Part shown: in pieces, positions 29,353 through 43,562 of the stretch
Position numbering within the stretch: the first letter of the stretch is position 1
Layout of the letters: each line of letters opens with the position of its first letter
Source: Octopus bimaculoides
Taxonomy: Eukaryota
Assembly: GCF_001194135.2 (NCBI RefSeq)
Contig: NC_068992.1
Coordinates: 67,106,101 to 67,170,100, forward strand
Reading direction: 5' to 3'
Length of the DNA: 64,000 nucleotides
Position numbers and translations under genes: made by a program
Notes under the pieces: generated by a model
What the model saw: the letters and a program-made list of their open reading frames with translations, nothing else
Databases searched by the model: none
Told to the model about the DNA's origin: nothing

Positions 29353-31152
29353 CTACACATATACATATGGAACCTTGATATAATTTATCGATCGTAGTAT
29401 CGTTTCTATATAAATGATTGTAGAAAGTGGGTTTTCAAAAAGAAAACAGCTTTTATTCAAGAAAAAATCCCAAAACCTTTGAATTATGACACGAAAATAT
29501 GATCAATTTAGAATTAAGGATTATTCTATATATTTTTTCGCATTTATTCATGACAGGTCTCATACTCTGCCAACGACAGCCAGGTTTCCTTAAGATATGT
29601 TGATGTATATCATAATAGTATGAATCCACATGAATTAACATCCGAATAAATGACATAGTAAAACAGATAATATTATCCCTAAAGTTCTTTCAAAATTTTT
29701 GTTAGATGGAAATTCTCAAAATTACCTAAAACATGATTCAGAGTTGTTTTGATTACTTATTTTTTGGAATTCTCTTTTCGTAATATTGATATAAAATGAT
29801 TTAATAGAGGAGCAATTAAAAAACTTCTTTTAAATATTTGATATTCATATGTAAACTTTTAATGGTAACCAGTATACCTTTTAATTATTCTGAAGTAGAT
29901 ATCTCAAGTAGGGAATGCGCTTTGAGGAATGCATAACTAGATAGAGAGACAAATTACTAAATTCATAGACTTTTGTGAATGATGCAAGGTACCTTTTAAG
30001 TGATTATGGATGCTGAAATCAATCGATTTTATTAGTATATATTTACTAATTATTTTATTGATTTATGTGAGGTATGAAATACTGAGCCGAATGTAAAAAT
30101 AAATTCTGTAGAGAATTTAATAAAGTGCTCAGCGCTTTTGACAACCTCTTTCAATGCAAATTATATGCAAATTAATAATATAATGAAATGCATAGTAGCA
30201 ACTGAGAATGATGAAGTCTGTATATCTTGTGCGTGGTTTTCGACGAATTATCAACAAAGTTTAAAATCTCTAATAAACGTAACTCATTTCAAGTCTGTTA
30301 TGGTGCGATGTATGAAAAGAAATAATAAACGATCAGAGAGTATCAATTGCTTCTTTTATCACATTTGTAAATGTTTGATCTGATCATGTGTAAAAACGGT
30401 ATTCCCATTTTCCTTTGATAATATCGATCTACATTATTTACTGCCTATTTTAGAGAGTAAATTCTGAGAGTTTTAACGCTATTTCAAGCAATTTAATGTT
30501 CATTTTAAAACTGACTGTTCTAGAATATACATAAACATTGTCACAGTTGCAATAATCTAGTAAAACCCGAAAGGGAAAAGAATGGTTTTATGGCAAAACG
30601 TGAGAATAAATAATTTGTAACCGCTCATCTTTCTCTGTATATTTCGTAGATAAAACTAAGATGAACTCAAATTATTGTAGCAAATGGTTCAACGAAACAC
30701 TGCATTAAATTGTTTAATTTTAAATTTCATATTTCCAATAATAATTGCTATTTACCCGAGTTCTATAAAACGGTTGCTATCATCGAGTGTTTCCATAAAA
30801 TTACATACTGGGTAAGTCTACAATTATTTAGACACTTGAAAATCTAAATATTTTAGCTTTATTTATTTTCTTCGGTCCCCACTTCTTCTCATTGAGCGAT
30901 AACCCTATTGGATTTTAAATTCAAAGGGAGATTATTCAAATACCTCCACCAGTTGCGGTTTAAAATGCTTTACGGTTATACTTGTCAACCTGCTTAGATT
31001 CCTTGAAATCTAAATTAATATAATATATAACTAATACACACTTTACTTATAATTCATATCAATACATTTAATTGCATAAAGTAACATGGACTCCACCGCA
31101 CATGCTTTTGTTTCGATGGCTGTTTAACATTTAATATTTTAGGATTGGTTTG

Positions 31153-31297
31153 GGCGACGAGTTGAAATGCCGCCGAGGTCGACTTTGCCTTTCATCCTTT
31201 CGGCGTCGATAAATTAAGTTCCAGTTAAACACAGGGGTCGATGTAATCGACTTACTCCTTCCTCCTGAAGTTGCTGGTCTTGTACCAAAATTTGAAA
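31153..31297 (+). mobile_element. SINE family B, 5'-deleted copy
   Basis: CCGCCGAGGTCGACTTTGCCTTTCATCCTTTCGGCGTCGATAAATTAAG...GGGGTCGATGTAATCGAC. Confidence 0.85.
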
Positions 31298-31322
31298 TGA
31301 ACGTTTTAGGATTGGTTACAAA

Positions 31323-31537
31323 GCAGCGAGCTAGCAGAGTCGTTAGAATACCGGACAAAATCCCGAACAACATTTCGTCCGTTTTTACGTTCGGAGTTCA
31401 AATTCCGCCGGGTTCAACTTTTGCTTTCCATCCTTTCAGGGTCGATAAACTAAGTAGGGTTGATGACTGAGATGTATGGAATCGATTGAGCACTCCTACC
31501 CCAAAACATAGCTGAATTTGTGTCAAAATTTGAATCC
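31323..31537 (+). mobile_element. SINE family B, second tandem copy
   Basis: GCGAGCTAGCAGAGTCGTTAG...GAGTTCAAATTCCGCCGGG...CATCCTTTCAGGGTCGATAAAC. Confidence 0.8.
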
Positions 31538-34084
31538 AAGATTTTAAGATTGGTCACTTGCGGAGAACAGATAAATACACCTGAAAATTTCGCTTAATTT
31601 CGTAAGGATTTCAGTCCTAATCACGGTACATACCTAATTTCATATTTATCCGAAATGAAATGCAGTGACAACAAAAATATGAGAAATGTCGATGTGTCAC
31701 AATAACAGATATTGTGTTTACATTAAACTATTCTGTTTTTATTTTTCTTTATCTTATTCAATTAGCATTCCGTTTTAAGAAAGTGAAGAAAAAAAAAAAA
31801 GAAACATGGCTACTCAACCCTCCATTCTTCAAGTGAACGAGCATTTATCGTTTTAAAAAAATCAATTTTGGTCGAATTTTCTTTCTATCCCGCTTTTAGA
31901 TTGATTTGAAAATGTGGCAACAATTTTATGTTCTAAAATAATGCCCCTGGAACTGAATGCCGTCGCTGTAGTCAAACTGTTTCCCTTGTCCTTTAAACAA
32001 AAAGAACCAGTATCAAATGAAGTAAGGAGAGTTAATCACCCCCATTTGCATTGGTGTAGAAGACACTGCAAGTCATGGAAACAATTGAAAATATGGTCAG
32101 CAATCTGCTTTAGGACGATAAATATCTGGTGACATGGCAACTCTTCATAGAATTTCGGTGAGCTCATTGGGATGGAATCTATTTGTCTGCTCGATGTATT
32201 ATTATGAATCTTTTCAGTTCAATTATTCTGTAAATATAAGTATGTTAACAATGATGACGATTGCTAATAAAGATAAATATGTAGACAGCATTACGTTAAA
32301 CAAATTCATTCAAAATACAAATACGATGGAATTTGTTTCCATAAAAATCTATTTGATTTCATTTTAATGCAGAGTTAGTCATTCCGTAGATTTATAAAAT
32401 TGTTTTTAATTCTATCTTTTAAAGCAAAACATTTGCAATCACCGCCCTACAATGTCTAAAGAATATTAAGATATATAAATGTTTTTAAACAGTCTTGGTT
32501 TGTATCAGTCTAAAGTACCAACCTTCATTAAAGAAACAAACTTAACGTGATTTCAACTTTAATTTGAATATCACCGACAAACCATAGCTTCATGAATTTG
32601 CGTTCATGAATTTCGCCAGAGTGTGTGTCACTGGATGTTGAACCTCGCCCAACGACAACAACACATTGATGTACTTCGAAGTGTATAAATTCTAGAATTA
32701 TGGCCACAAACCAATGATCGGAAGCAACTATAGACACTTAGTATACGTACCCACTAGTACACAGACACAGACACAGACACACGCACACACACCCATATAT
32801 GTGCGTGTCAAACCACATAACACAAGCCTTAATTATCAAAAATACTCTGTTTTGTGCACACGCACACAAGCACATATATGCACGCACATGCACACGCATA
32901 CATTTATACATACTATAACATTATAGATATATATTTTAGAGTTTAATAAACACACTTATATATACAAAATTGTAAACAAACATATCTGTACTCCTCCTCT
33001 TTCTTCTGTCCCTCCTCCTCCCCCCACCACCAAACGTAACCATCATGCAAGCGCCTTAAACATTTAACGACCAAAACATTGACGTAGCGCAGGAAATTTA
33101 TTTATGAAAAGCAACACTAGTTTATTATAAAATGTTTGAATTCCGGTGCGTAGTTGCTACTTGTGTATGCTATGAGAGTATGGATAATTTAGCGAACACA
33201 CAATATATCACTTTGATCATATATATATATACATACATGAAAATGAATGATTATATATGTATATATACGTACCAATATAATTTGTATATATTTAGGCAAT
33301 TCTATATAAATATGAAATATACATTACTTTTCTTTCTTCTAATAAAATGTAAATGTTTAATATAATCTTATTGCTTTAATTTTATTTTATACGAAATTCC
33401 TTTGAAGTAAGTACAAGAACTTTTTGGCACTTTCTTGTTAAGAGTTTCGTTTCTGATGAAGCAACCTAGAAAAATCTTGTGAACAAAAGCAGCAAAACAA
33501 TTTAAAGAATGTGTCATTTCTTAAAAGACTAATATAAACACAAAACAAATTTTAAAAAAACATCAAGTTGCATAAATAAAGCATGTTTTCCTTATGTTTT
33601 GAAAACTACAAAGGAAATCTAACTAACAAATATTCTAAAGAATATTTACATATTATTCAATGTTAAGAGCAAATCAGTAAAATATAGCTTGACAAACACA
33701 TATCTCGCCACTTCTCTCTTCTTGTGTATTTATTATATGATTTAAATCCCGATACAACTATTACTACAAATGGAAATACTGTTGTCAAATTCTTAATGTA
33801 ATTAGGAAACACATTCTCTTCTCATAAACACCAAGCAATTCTAATACAAATTTCTTTAAAATACCCAAATATTCAAAATTTTAAGCGCATCCTATCAAAC
33901 ATAAACCGTATAATATTGACAACCAACACTTAAACCCAATTGACATACACATTTTATTGCTCTGTCAAAAAGTCTCGATAGCTTCGTTGATAACAAACTC
34001 ATCAAACTCTTCATGTCACAAACTCTTCTTGAATCTCTTTCCATCTTACCCCACAATATTTCCTCCTTGGCATTACAACAGAAC

Positions 34085-34121
<37 letters not shown>

Positions 34122-34591
34122 NNNNNNNNNNNNNNNNNNNNNNNNNNNNNNNNNNNNNNNNNNNNNNNNNNNNNNNNNNNNNNNNNNNNNNNNNNNNNNN
34201 NNNNNNNNNNNNNNNNNNNNNNNNNNNNNNNNNNNNNNNNNNNNNNNNNNNNNNNNNNNNNNNNNNNNNNNNNNNNNNNNNNNNNNNNNNNNNNNNNNNN
34301 NNNNNNNNNNNNNNNNNNNNNNNNNNNNNNNNNNNNNNNNNNNNNNNNNNNNNNNNNNNNNNNNNNNNNNNNNNNNNNNNNNNNNNNNNNNNNNNNNNNN
34401 NNNNNNNNNNNNNNNNNNNNNNNNNNNNNNNNNNNNNNNNNNNNNNNNNNNNNNNNNNNNNNNNNNNNNNNNNNNNNNNNNNNNNNNNNNNNNNNNNNNN
34501 NNNNNNNNNNNNNNNNNNNNNNNNNNNNNNNNNNNNNNNNNNNNNNNNNNNNNNNNNNNNNNNNNNNNNNNNNNNNNNNNNNNNNNNNNNN

Positions 34592-34651
<60 letters not shown>

Positions 34652-35075
34652 ACGAATACATATACAACAACAACTACACGCACATATAATTTCTCACATT
34701 CCGAAAAAGAAAACTTGTTTTAAATTTGTGAACATACGTTACTTTCCAAATGCAAGCAATGGATAAACACATGTATATTTGGATAGTCTTATTCAAATAC
34801 AAATATTAGTTGTTGCAGATAATACAATATTTTAAAGCAACAATTTCTATGCCTCATCGTTGTAATAGAAGAAGTATTCGGACAAGTTTTAAATTATGTT
34901 TATATAATGAGCTAGAACTGTACATCATATAAAAATACATACATCTACACATGAATGTGTAGATGTAGACGCGGGCGTTCGACGCCAGAGCCATTAGTTT
35001 TAGTCAGCTTGCTCATTAAATTTTAAAACAACTATAATGACATACATATGTTATTAAAATCATGTTTATCTCTCT

Positions 35076-35149
<74 letters not shown>

Positions 35150-35177
35150 TTCTCTCGGTCTGTCTGTCTCTCGCTCT

Positions 35178-35333
35178 AGGCGCAGGAGTGGCTGTGTGGT
35201 AAATAGCTTGCTTACGAACCACTTGGACAAGTGTCTTCTACTATAGCCAAATCGATGCTGGTGTGTTTAGTCCCCGTAACTTAGCGGTTCGGTTAAAGTA
35301 ACCGATATAATAAGTACTATGCTTACAAAGAAT
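35178..35333 (+). mobile_element. tRNA-derived SINE, family C (internally deleted)
   Basis: GGCGCAGGAGTGGCTGTGTGGTAAATAGCTTGCTT...CAAGTGTCTTCTACTATAGC; related to the copies at 36901 and 56221. Confidence 0.8.
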
Positions 35334-36900
35334 GACTGCTATTACACCCACACATGCATAGAAACGCTAACGCGCACGCACATACCCACACATACCTCGT
35401 TCAAGGCCATACAAATATTTCAGTTCTTAATTCAGTGCAAAAAAAAAAGGACTCAATACGATTCTCTTTCACAAACTGATGCCCTTTTATGCTCCAATGC
35501 ATTTTACTCGTTAGTCAAGCCATTCTGCAAATTTACAAAATTCGCCTTCTACATTTGCCGGCTCTATGAGAAGAGATCCTCAGAAATCTTCAAGTAATAC
35601 TTATATAATTACTGTTCAAACTGGAGACCTTTCTGTTTCAATAGAGATAATAACTGTGACTGATCTTAATGCCCCAACTCCCAGCATTCAGTATAATAAT
35701 ACGACCAACTCCGTTTCCTCCATCCTCAAAGGTGTGTGTTTAAGTAAAAGATTTTGATCAATTGTTTAATATTTATAGGAATATTGTAAATTCTTACTAT
35801 ATAGAAGATTATTCGAAAATAGTTGAAAATATTCAGTGTAGAATATTGTACTTTGTATGCACGTTATACTAATTCTAATGTCTGATAACATCATATAATT
35901 TAAACATGTTATCACTAATTTGAGTTTTAGCCAATAAAATTACTTGGCTGTTTTTATACCTTGCGCTTGTTTTTAGGTGCTAAAAGATGGTCATGAAGTA
36001 GTTCTTACAAGACGCAGGTGTTTGCAAATTGCATGCTTAATTGTGCCATTAATATTTTAGTTGCATTCAATTAATATGTAATTGAAGACTACAACAGGCT
36101 TTACTGATTCTGTTTTACTCTTATACTTCGGTAATTGAACATACATAAACGAAAAAAAAAAACCATTTTTGCTTTGTCTGAATAGTAGAAAGGAATTGCT
36201 AATGATATCGCTATTCATGCTTGAAAGTTAAAATCAGAGAATAAAAGCACTTTAATTTCAGTGAAATATCTAAATTAAGCTATCACAGATGATATAATTG
36301 GTGGACAATATATATTTTTATTTTTGTAAAACACTGATTCGGCTGAAACGATTCGATTTTCAAACTCTATTTCTGATTAAACTGAGAAGTCTCTGCAATA
36401 AGCGTAGTCATTCTTCCGGGTATTATTTTGCCAATGGAATAATTCTTAGCGTCTTTATTTTTGATATAATAATCTAGGCAATAGAAGAGTGTAATATCTA
36501 AGCTTATGGAAATCTGAATTACTGTTCTTGTATTGATGCAGGCTTACTTTATTTTCATGTATTAGACATCTAGGACTCAGACAATATTGAAAATTGTTTC
36601 AGAAGTAAGATAACCTGAATTCAGATGTGGTTGCTTATTTCTTCAAATAATCAGAACAATGAGATGTCAGTATATCACTTTGCTCTTCCAAACAAAATCA
36701 GATGTACTATATAAATCTAACCACAAACATACTTTATTAATTTGATTCTATGATATCGAAATCAAAGCAAGGAGCAAATGAATAAATCAACATTCCCAAG
36801 TTATTGAGAATTCATTCAGATAAATCCTGTCTTTTACGTCCACACAGCTTACTGTTCAGTCAAATATATGCAAATATATTCTTTTATTCATCCACACACA

Positions 36901-37070
36901 GGCTCAGGTGAAGCTGTGTGGAAACAAGTTTGCTTCCCAATCAGATGGTTCTGGGTTCAGTCCCACTACTGTGTGGCACCTTGGGCAATTGTCTCCTATT
37001 ATAGCTTCCAGCCGACGAAAAACTTGTAACTGGATATGGCAGACGGAAACTGAAAGAAACCCTTCATATA
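36901..37070 (+). mobile_element. tRNA-derived SINE, family C
   Basis: GCTGTGTGG...GGGTTCAGTCCCACT...GGCACCTTGGGCAA...GACGGAAACTGAAAGAAACCC. Confidence 0.85.
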
Positions 37071-37089
37071 TAGAGCTTTATGTGTTTTC

Positions 37090-37184
37090 GCTCAATGAAC
37101 ACTCACAACGCCCGGTTTGGGAATCGAAACCGCGATCCTAAGATCGCGAGTCCACTCCCCTAACCATTGGGCCATTGCACCTCC
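37090..37184 (-). mobile_element. SINE family A head fragment
   Basis: The minus strand reads GGAGGTGCAATGGCCCAATGGTTAGG...GGTTTCGATTCC, near identical to the head of 3032-3358. It abuts a family C copy. Confidence 0.75.
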
Positions 37185-39414
37185 ACGGAGGTAATAGATG
37201 CATCCAATATTACTGTCATGCATTATCACCTGAATTTTTGAAGCCTGCTCACTGGTATTGAATTGGTTAAATCTTTAGCGCGTAATCAATCGCTTTGTCT
37301 TAACATTAACATATGAAATATAAATAAAAAAAAAGAACGAACACTCCTGAAAGAGTGTCTTATCTAACGAATATCAGGCTTAAAATACTGCAACACTAAA
37401 TATAACCATTACGGTGTTTTATGATACCATCTATGTGTAGCAATATTAAAATACCTCGCTACAACTTTACACGGAGGCTTATCAGAAGAGGATCTAACAT
37501 TATTCCTTTTCAAGCATGTCTCTCTAACAATTTTACGTTATTTTAAATAGAGATGTTGAAATGGTTAAGAATGAAATTTTGAGGATTTTTAATAATTGCA
37601 AAGAAGGAAATGTTTACAGCATTTACATTTATATCAGTTAACCATTCTTTGTTTGAATTACTAAAACAATTTCTACGTTTGATCCTCTTAATTATCTCAA
37701 AGTTAAATATTTATTGAATAACAGATAGAAGAATGCTTGACGATCGTGTAGTATATAAATGTCGTGTTAAGTATAAGAGACAGGATCTACCTACAATTGC
37801 TAATCAAAGCCAAATGGCAGAATCTGTACTTTGAGAACTTAACTATATGATAGTCACCACTAGTATTGATCTATTTTAAGAAATCATAAACCTATATTCT
37901 CCTAAGTAAGATACTGTCAACTGCAATCATCCCATTATATTGCTAGTAATCATCACAAAGTCAGTAGGATAAAATAGCAATTGTATTGCGTGCTTTAGGT
38001 TTAGTGGAGCTAACGGCAAAATCAATTCTCACGGGATTTAAACTAATTATAGGAAGCCATCAGAGAATATAAACATTCTGGTGCCACACTAATATCTAAC
38101 CTTTGCATGTCTATGATATTTAATGATTCAAAGAATACACCGTAGAGAATTAAATATATATATATATATATATATANNNNNNNNNNNNNNNNNNNNNNNN
38201 NNNNNNNNNNNNNNNNNNNNNNNNNNNNNNNNNNNNNNNNNNNNNNNNNNNNNNNNNNNNNNNNNNNNNNNNNNNNNNNNNNNNNNNNNNNNNNNNNNNN
38301 NNNNNNNNNNNNNNNNNNNNNNNNNNNNNNNNNNNNNNNNNNNNNNNNNNNNNNNNNNNNNNNNNNNNNNNNNNNNNNNNNNNNNNNNNNNNNNNNNNNN
38401 NNNNNNNNNNNNNNNNNNNNNNNNNNNNNNNNNNNNNNNNNNNNNNNNNNNNNNNNNNNNNNNNNNNNNNNNNNNNNNNNNNNNNNNNNNNNNNNNNNNN
38501 NNNNNNNNNNNNNNNNNNNNNNNNNNNNNNNNNNNNNNNNNNNNNNNNNNNNNNNNNNNNNNNNNNNNNNNNNNNNNNNNNNNNNNNNNNNNNNNNNNNN
38601 NNNNNNNNNNNNNNNNNNNNNNNNNNNNNNNNNNNNNNNNNNNNNNNNNNNNNNNNNNNNNNNNNNNNNNNNNNNNNNNNNNNNNNNNNNNNNNNNNNNN
38701 NNNNNNNNNNNNNNNNNNNNNNNNNNNNNNNNNNNNNNNNNNNNNNNNNNNNNNNNNNNNNNNNNNNNNNNNNNNNNNNNNNNNNNNNNNNNNTCAATAT
38801 TTCAAAATCTAACCTCATGTGCATCGTTGGCGATTTTCTTCCTCCATCTTCCTTTCTATTGGACTTGCCTCTGTTTCTGAAGAAGAGCGTGGTGTTACCT
38901 GAAGCAATGCTTATTAACATTTTGTTATGGATATCTAATTCTATTTTGTATAACTCTACAGTAACAGCATTTAATTTTAGCTCAAAATAGACAGTTTTCG
39001 AGATATAAAATCAGTCCGTACCAATCGAACACAACACCAATAGGGAGAAAATAGAGAAATTGTTGAGGTGAAGCGTAGAAGTGCTTTCAGAAAATTTGCT
39101 TAAAGTTCACATCAATCTTCCATACCAGGAACGATCATTTCAAATGAGTGACATAAATTGTTACTGAAATCTTATGATTTTAAAATCTCATCAAATATAG
39201 TTGACATCATTAATCCTTAGCTCGCTGAAGAAAGCATCACCATAAAAATGAAATCTATTTTATTAGAGACGATTATTTTGCAATATCAAATGATTCCTTT
39301 TTATTTTGCCACAGGTTCTAAATCCAGAGATTTTTATGACATTATTTTTTTATCTGCTAGGTTTACTTTCGGTGTTTTTTTATAACCAAAAAATGTTTAT
39401 ATAAGGAAAGGGTG

Positions 39415-39449
<35 letters not shown>

Positions 39450-39477
39450 AATCTAAAAGGCTGCTCCTTTAATTTGT

Positions 39478-39521
<44 letters not shown>

Positions 39522-39753
39522 ATTTTTTCCCGTATCGAAGTTCGGTAAGCTGAAAAAATTGTTTTATAACTCACGGTTAGCAGCGGTCAACATGAATCCC
39601 TTGACGACAATGTTAAATTTTTGATGAAGGTAGCTTTAACCCGATGATTAGCTAGCGGATTACGTCTAGTTCGGATAATTACTACTTGCGAGGTTCCATT
39701 TGCTAGGAAACATATGTAGCCTGGATTTTATGTACTCCATTCTCTAAGTTTGT

Positions 39754-39784
<31 letters not shown>

Positions 39785-41510
39785 CATACATGCATACATA
39801 CATACATGTACATATGTATGCACACATTGACGCCTATAAGAATGTTTTGAAATTCAAGAACATATATTCATGTAAATGTTTATACAAGTGTGTGAGTATA
39901 TATATTTAATAAATGCAATACTGATTTCTTTTCTTACACATATAATCGGATAATTATCCTGCTCTAAGCTGGATTCAAGGAGGACGATTATAGTAATCCA
40001 GCACTGGAAAAATACACCGATTAATACACGAGTTGCTAGAAAACATTTCCTCGATCAATTAATTCTGTGACAAATGACAGCTGAACTAAATCTCAGTTGA
40101 ACAAAATGTTTTGGTTATTAAATATATTACTGTACTCTGTTTGCACTTTAGTAGAAATACGAATGAAAGGAAATTGATGTACTCGTTTCCAAGTCACCAA
40201 CATAGTACAAAGGACTGCTATAAAGATACATATCGTTCTTAGTCAGTGAACGATAATGTTATAATCATCAAAGAATTAATGACTGAGCTGTAGGGACACT
40301 TTGGAAACTGGAAAGAAGAAACATATTAGAGAAAATTAGAAGCTCCTCAGAACAACGTGTATTTCCATTTGCAATTCCTGTGGCGCAAAACGGTTCACGC
40401 CTTAATAGGTTTCAGTTTCATAGGGTTGGATATAACTGAACGAAACGCAGTTATATCCAAAGAAATGTTGCGAAACAAAACACCGTGACAATTTTGAGAA
40501 AGCCCATAGAAAAAACAAATTTACAATTTTTTCAAATGTGGCACGTTTGGATATTCTTAGAATAAGGACATACATACGAAATGTCACTCTCCTAAATGCC
40601 AACGAACTAATCAGTTAATCTTAAAGAACACACATCGACATCTATGCCATAGTTCGATGAATTAATCTCTATACATACCAAAATCTATATGAACAACCTA
40701 TTACTTATATCGTTAGTAAATTGTTATTAAAGTTGTTAACCATTTAGATAATTTAAAAGGAGTATTTAATAAATTTTAACTACCTTATTAGATAGATAAC
40801 TAAACTACAACTTAATGATTTTAAACTTAAACAGTTTTAAATCTAAAATTATTGTCTATCATACATTGAAGAAACGCATTCGCAACATCTAAAACATTTT
40901 ACAACAACTGATATGATTCTAATAATGGTTGCAGCTTGAAATAACATTCGTTAATTACTTTTTCATTCCTTAAATTTAGTTAGCACTTAAATGATGGTAG
41001 TTGTTGGGCGTCGGAATTAAATTGAACAGTGAATGTCCTGCTGAAAATATCGACTGATAAATAGTGATTTAAGAGACTACTTTAAATATCTTTCAAATCT
41101 ACAATCTGTAATTCAATAATAATGTATTTTAAACATAATTTAATTAACACGAGATGCTCTTGTCAACAGAACCGTGTGTTGCTCTCGTCTAAGAATATGT
41201 AATACAAATACAGAAGCCAAAATCTTTTTAGTTTCTAATAATATTAAATGATTCACCGTGAGAAACAAATAAAGAGATTTTAAAGAGAAAAAACATAGAA
41301 ACTATAAATATTTACTCTAGCTGAATAACTGACAAGTGCTATAAATTTACAATTAATAAAAATACTTTGGCCTTCTCTTCTTAACTGCACGTTTAGTATC
41401 TACTTAAAGATCAGAGTTGTTCCGATACTCTGCAACTCATGGTGAAGATGTGTCCTTTCCCAAAATCTGTTCTTTTATAGTTCCAAGAAGAAAAGAAATC
41501 ATAATAATAC

Positions 41511-41721
41511 TAATCCCTTCTACTATAGGGACAAAGCCTGAAATTCGGTGGGTCTGTCGATTAGATCGACCCCCAACGTGCAATTGGTACTTAATTTATC
41601 GACCCCGAATGGATGAAAAGCAAAGTTGACCTCGGAGGCACTTGAACTCAGAACGTTAAGACAGACGAAATACCGCTGAGCATTTCGTCTGATGCTCTAA
41701 CCATTCTGCCAGCTGGCTGCC

Positions 41722-41723
<2 letters not shown>
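41511..41723 (-). mobile_element. tRNA-derived SINE, family B
   Basis: Reverse complement of the family B head and core (AAGGCAGCCAGCTGGCAGAATGGTTAG...GAGTTCAAGT...GGGGTCGATAAATTAAGTACC). It abuts an (AAT)n run. Confidence 0.88.
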
Positions 41724-41809
<86 letters not shown>

Positions 41810-41940
41810 TAATAATAACAACTACATCAACAGCATATGCATATACATATACATACATGCATACGTACATACATACATGCATGCATACATACATACATAC
41901 ATACATACATACATACATACATGCATGCATACATACATAG

Positions 41941-42003
<63 letters not shown>

Positions 42004-43562
42004 TATGTATACATTTATGTCTATGTATATGTAAACACATGTGTGTGCGTTCGTGTGTATGCGTACAGCGCGCGTGTGTACATAATTGTGCGAGTCTATG
42101 TACAGACATGCCTCATGTGTCAGTTTGTGTACGTGTCCGTATAGAAGAAAGAGTTAGGAAAGCGCACTTAAGTAGTAATTGAACTACATCCAGTAGATGT
42201 GTCACTTTTGTTTAGTGCCTACTTAACGATGCAATATCGGTTCTAATTCTCTTTGTTATTTTTTTTTAATGTGAAAATGACTTATATTATCATTAACGAT
42301 TATATTTACATATTCTTAGTTTGATGTTGTCCATGCAATTCTTTTGCTTCTCTAATGATCTATGCAAATTGCTACGGATGGAATGTTAAAAAGCTGTAAT
42401 GAATTTCTCTAATAATGGTGAAATAAAATCGTTGTTTAAAAATTACATTATTTTCTTCCCTTTTCTTCCCTTCTTACTCATCTTATATTCCGATGTGAAT
42501 TAAGATGCAGCTGAAATGTCAAGCAACGTTCTAAAAGATTATTATGTTTAGTAACAATGAAATGAGCTGGTTTATTTCTGTTGTTGTTTTTGCGTTTTGC
42601 CCAGTTCTTTCGAATTTGTTCTTCCTGAGCCATCGAAGTAATTTCAACGAAACGCTACCATGTATCGCACCAAATTTATGAAAAGAATCAAGTGAATCTG
42701 CTGGTTCCATGCCATGTAATTGGAGTATTTTCTACATAAAATTACATGCAAAATAATTGGGCTGCTTAAAATGTTACCGTTACCGACAATTGTGAGGAGA
42801 AATTCCATGAGAAACAATACAAGTATGGACAATGAGGCAAACAGAAAATAACAATGGCAATTCTTCGCAATTATGATATTAAAATTGTATATCTTGACAG
42901 ATTTCTAGATATCGTGAGCCAGTAAAAGTTGTAGTATACCATTTGTACGGGCACGCACATATACACAAACACTACACACAAAAATATCACACAAGTATAT
43001 GTATATATATGTTTATATATGTATGTGTGTGTGCGCACGTGTGTGTCTCTGTGTTTGTCTGTGACTACCTGTCTTTATGTATAGGTGTATGTGTGTAACT
43101 GACCCATGAAAATTTTATATCACATACCACGATGTGTGTGATGTGTATGCAGGCAAAATTATTTTACTAAAAATATTTTCAAGCCAATATTGGCAATATT
43201 CCAGAAGACCCGTCAATATAATATTGTCATTGAAGCAAACATTTCTACCGACAATCACCACCCAAACAAAATGCGTCACAATATATTTTCCTCTATATTC
43301 GCAGAAAGGTTTTCATTATTCTAATAATAAAACTATAAATTTTATAGTTTAGTTTCCCGTTTTGTTTCGTATGTTTTAGCTATCATCGAACAACGGTTTG
43401 TGAAGATGTTTGCATTATGTTCTTATTAGACATATGTTTTGTAAACACGACTTTTAATGCATTACCTGCATACATGCATACATACATACACACATACATA
43501 CATACATACATACATACATACATAAATACATACATACATACATACATACATACATGTAAATA

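Noticed and set aside
33452-33490. CTGATGA-A-GCAA...TTGT-GAAC possible hammerhead
   Set aside because: GAAA is not intact and there is no stem III or NUH site.
34940-34967. 12-bp hairpin TACATCTACACA/TGTGTAGATGTA
   Set aside because: It is built from CA/TG low-complexity sequence that is abundant in this window.
42644-42832. Minus-strand hydrophobic ORF with SNYMAWN (cf. M13 NY..W)
   Set aside because: Wrong strand for the neprilysin gene and no other supporting motif.
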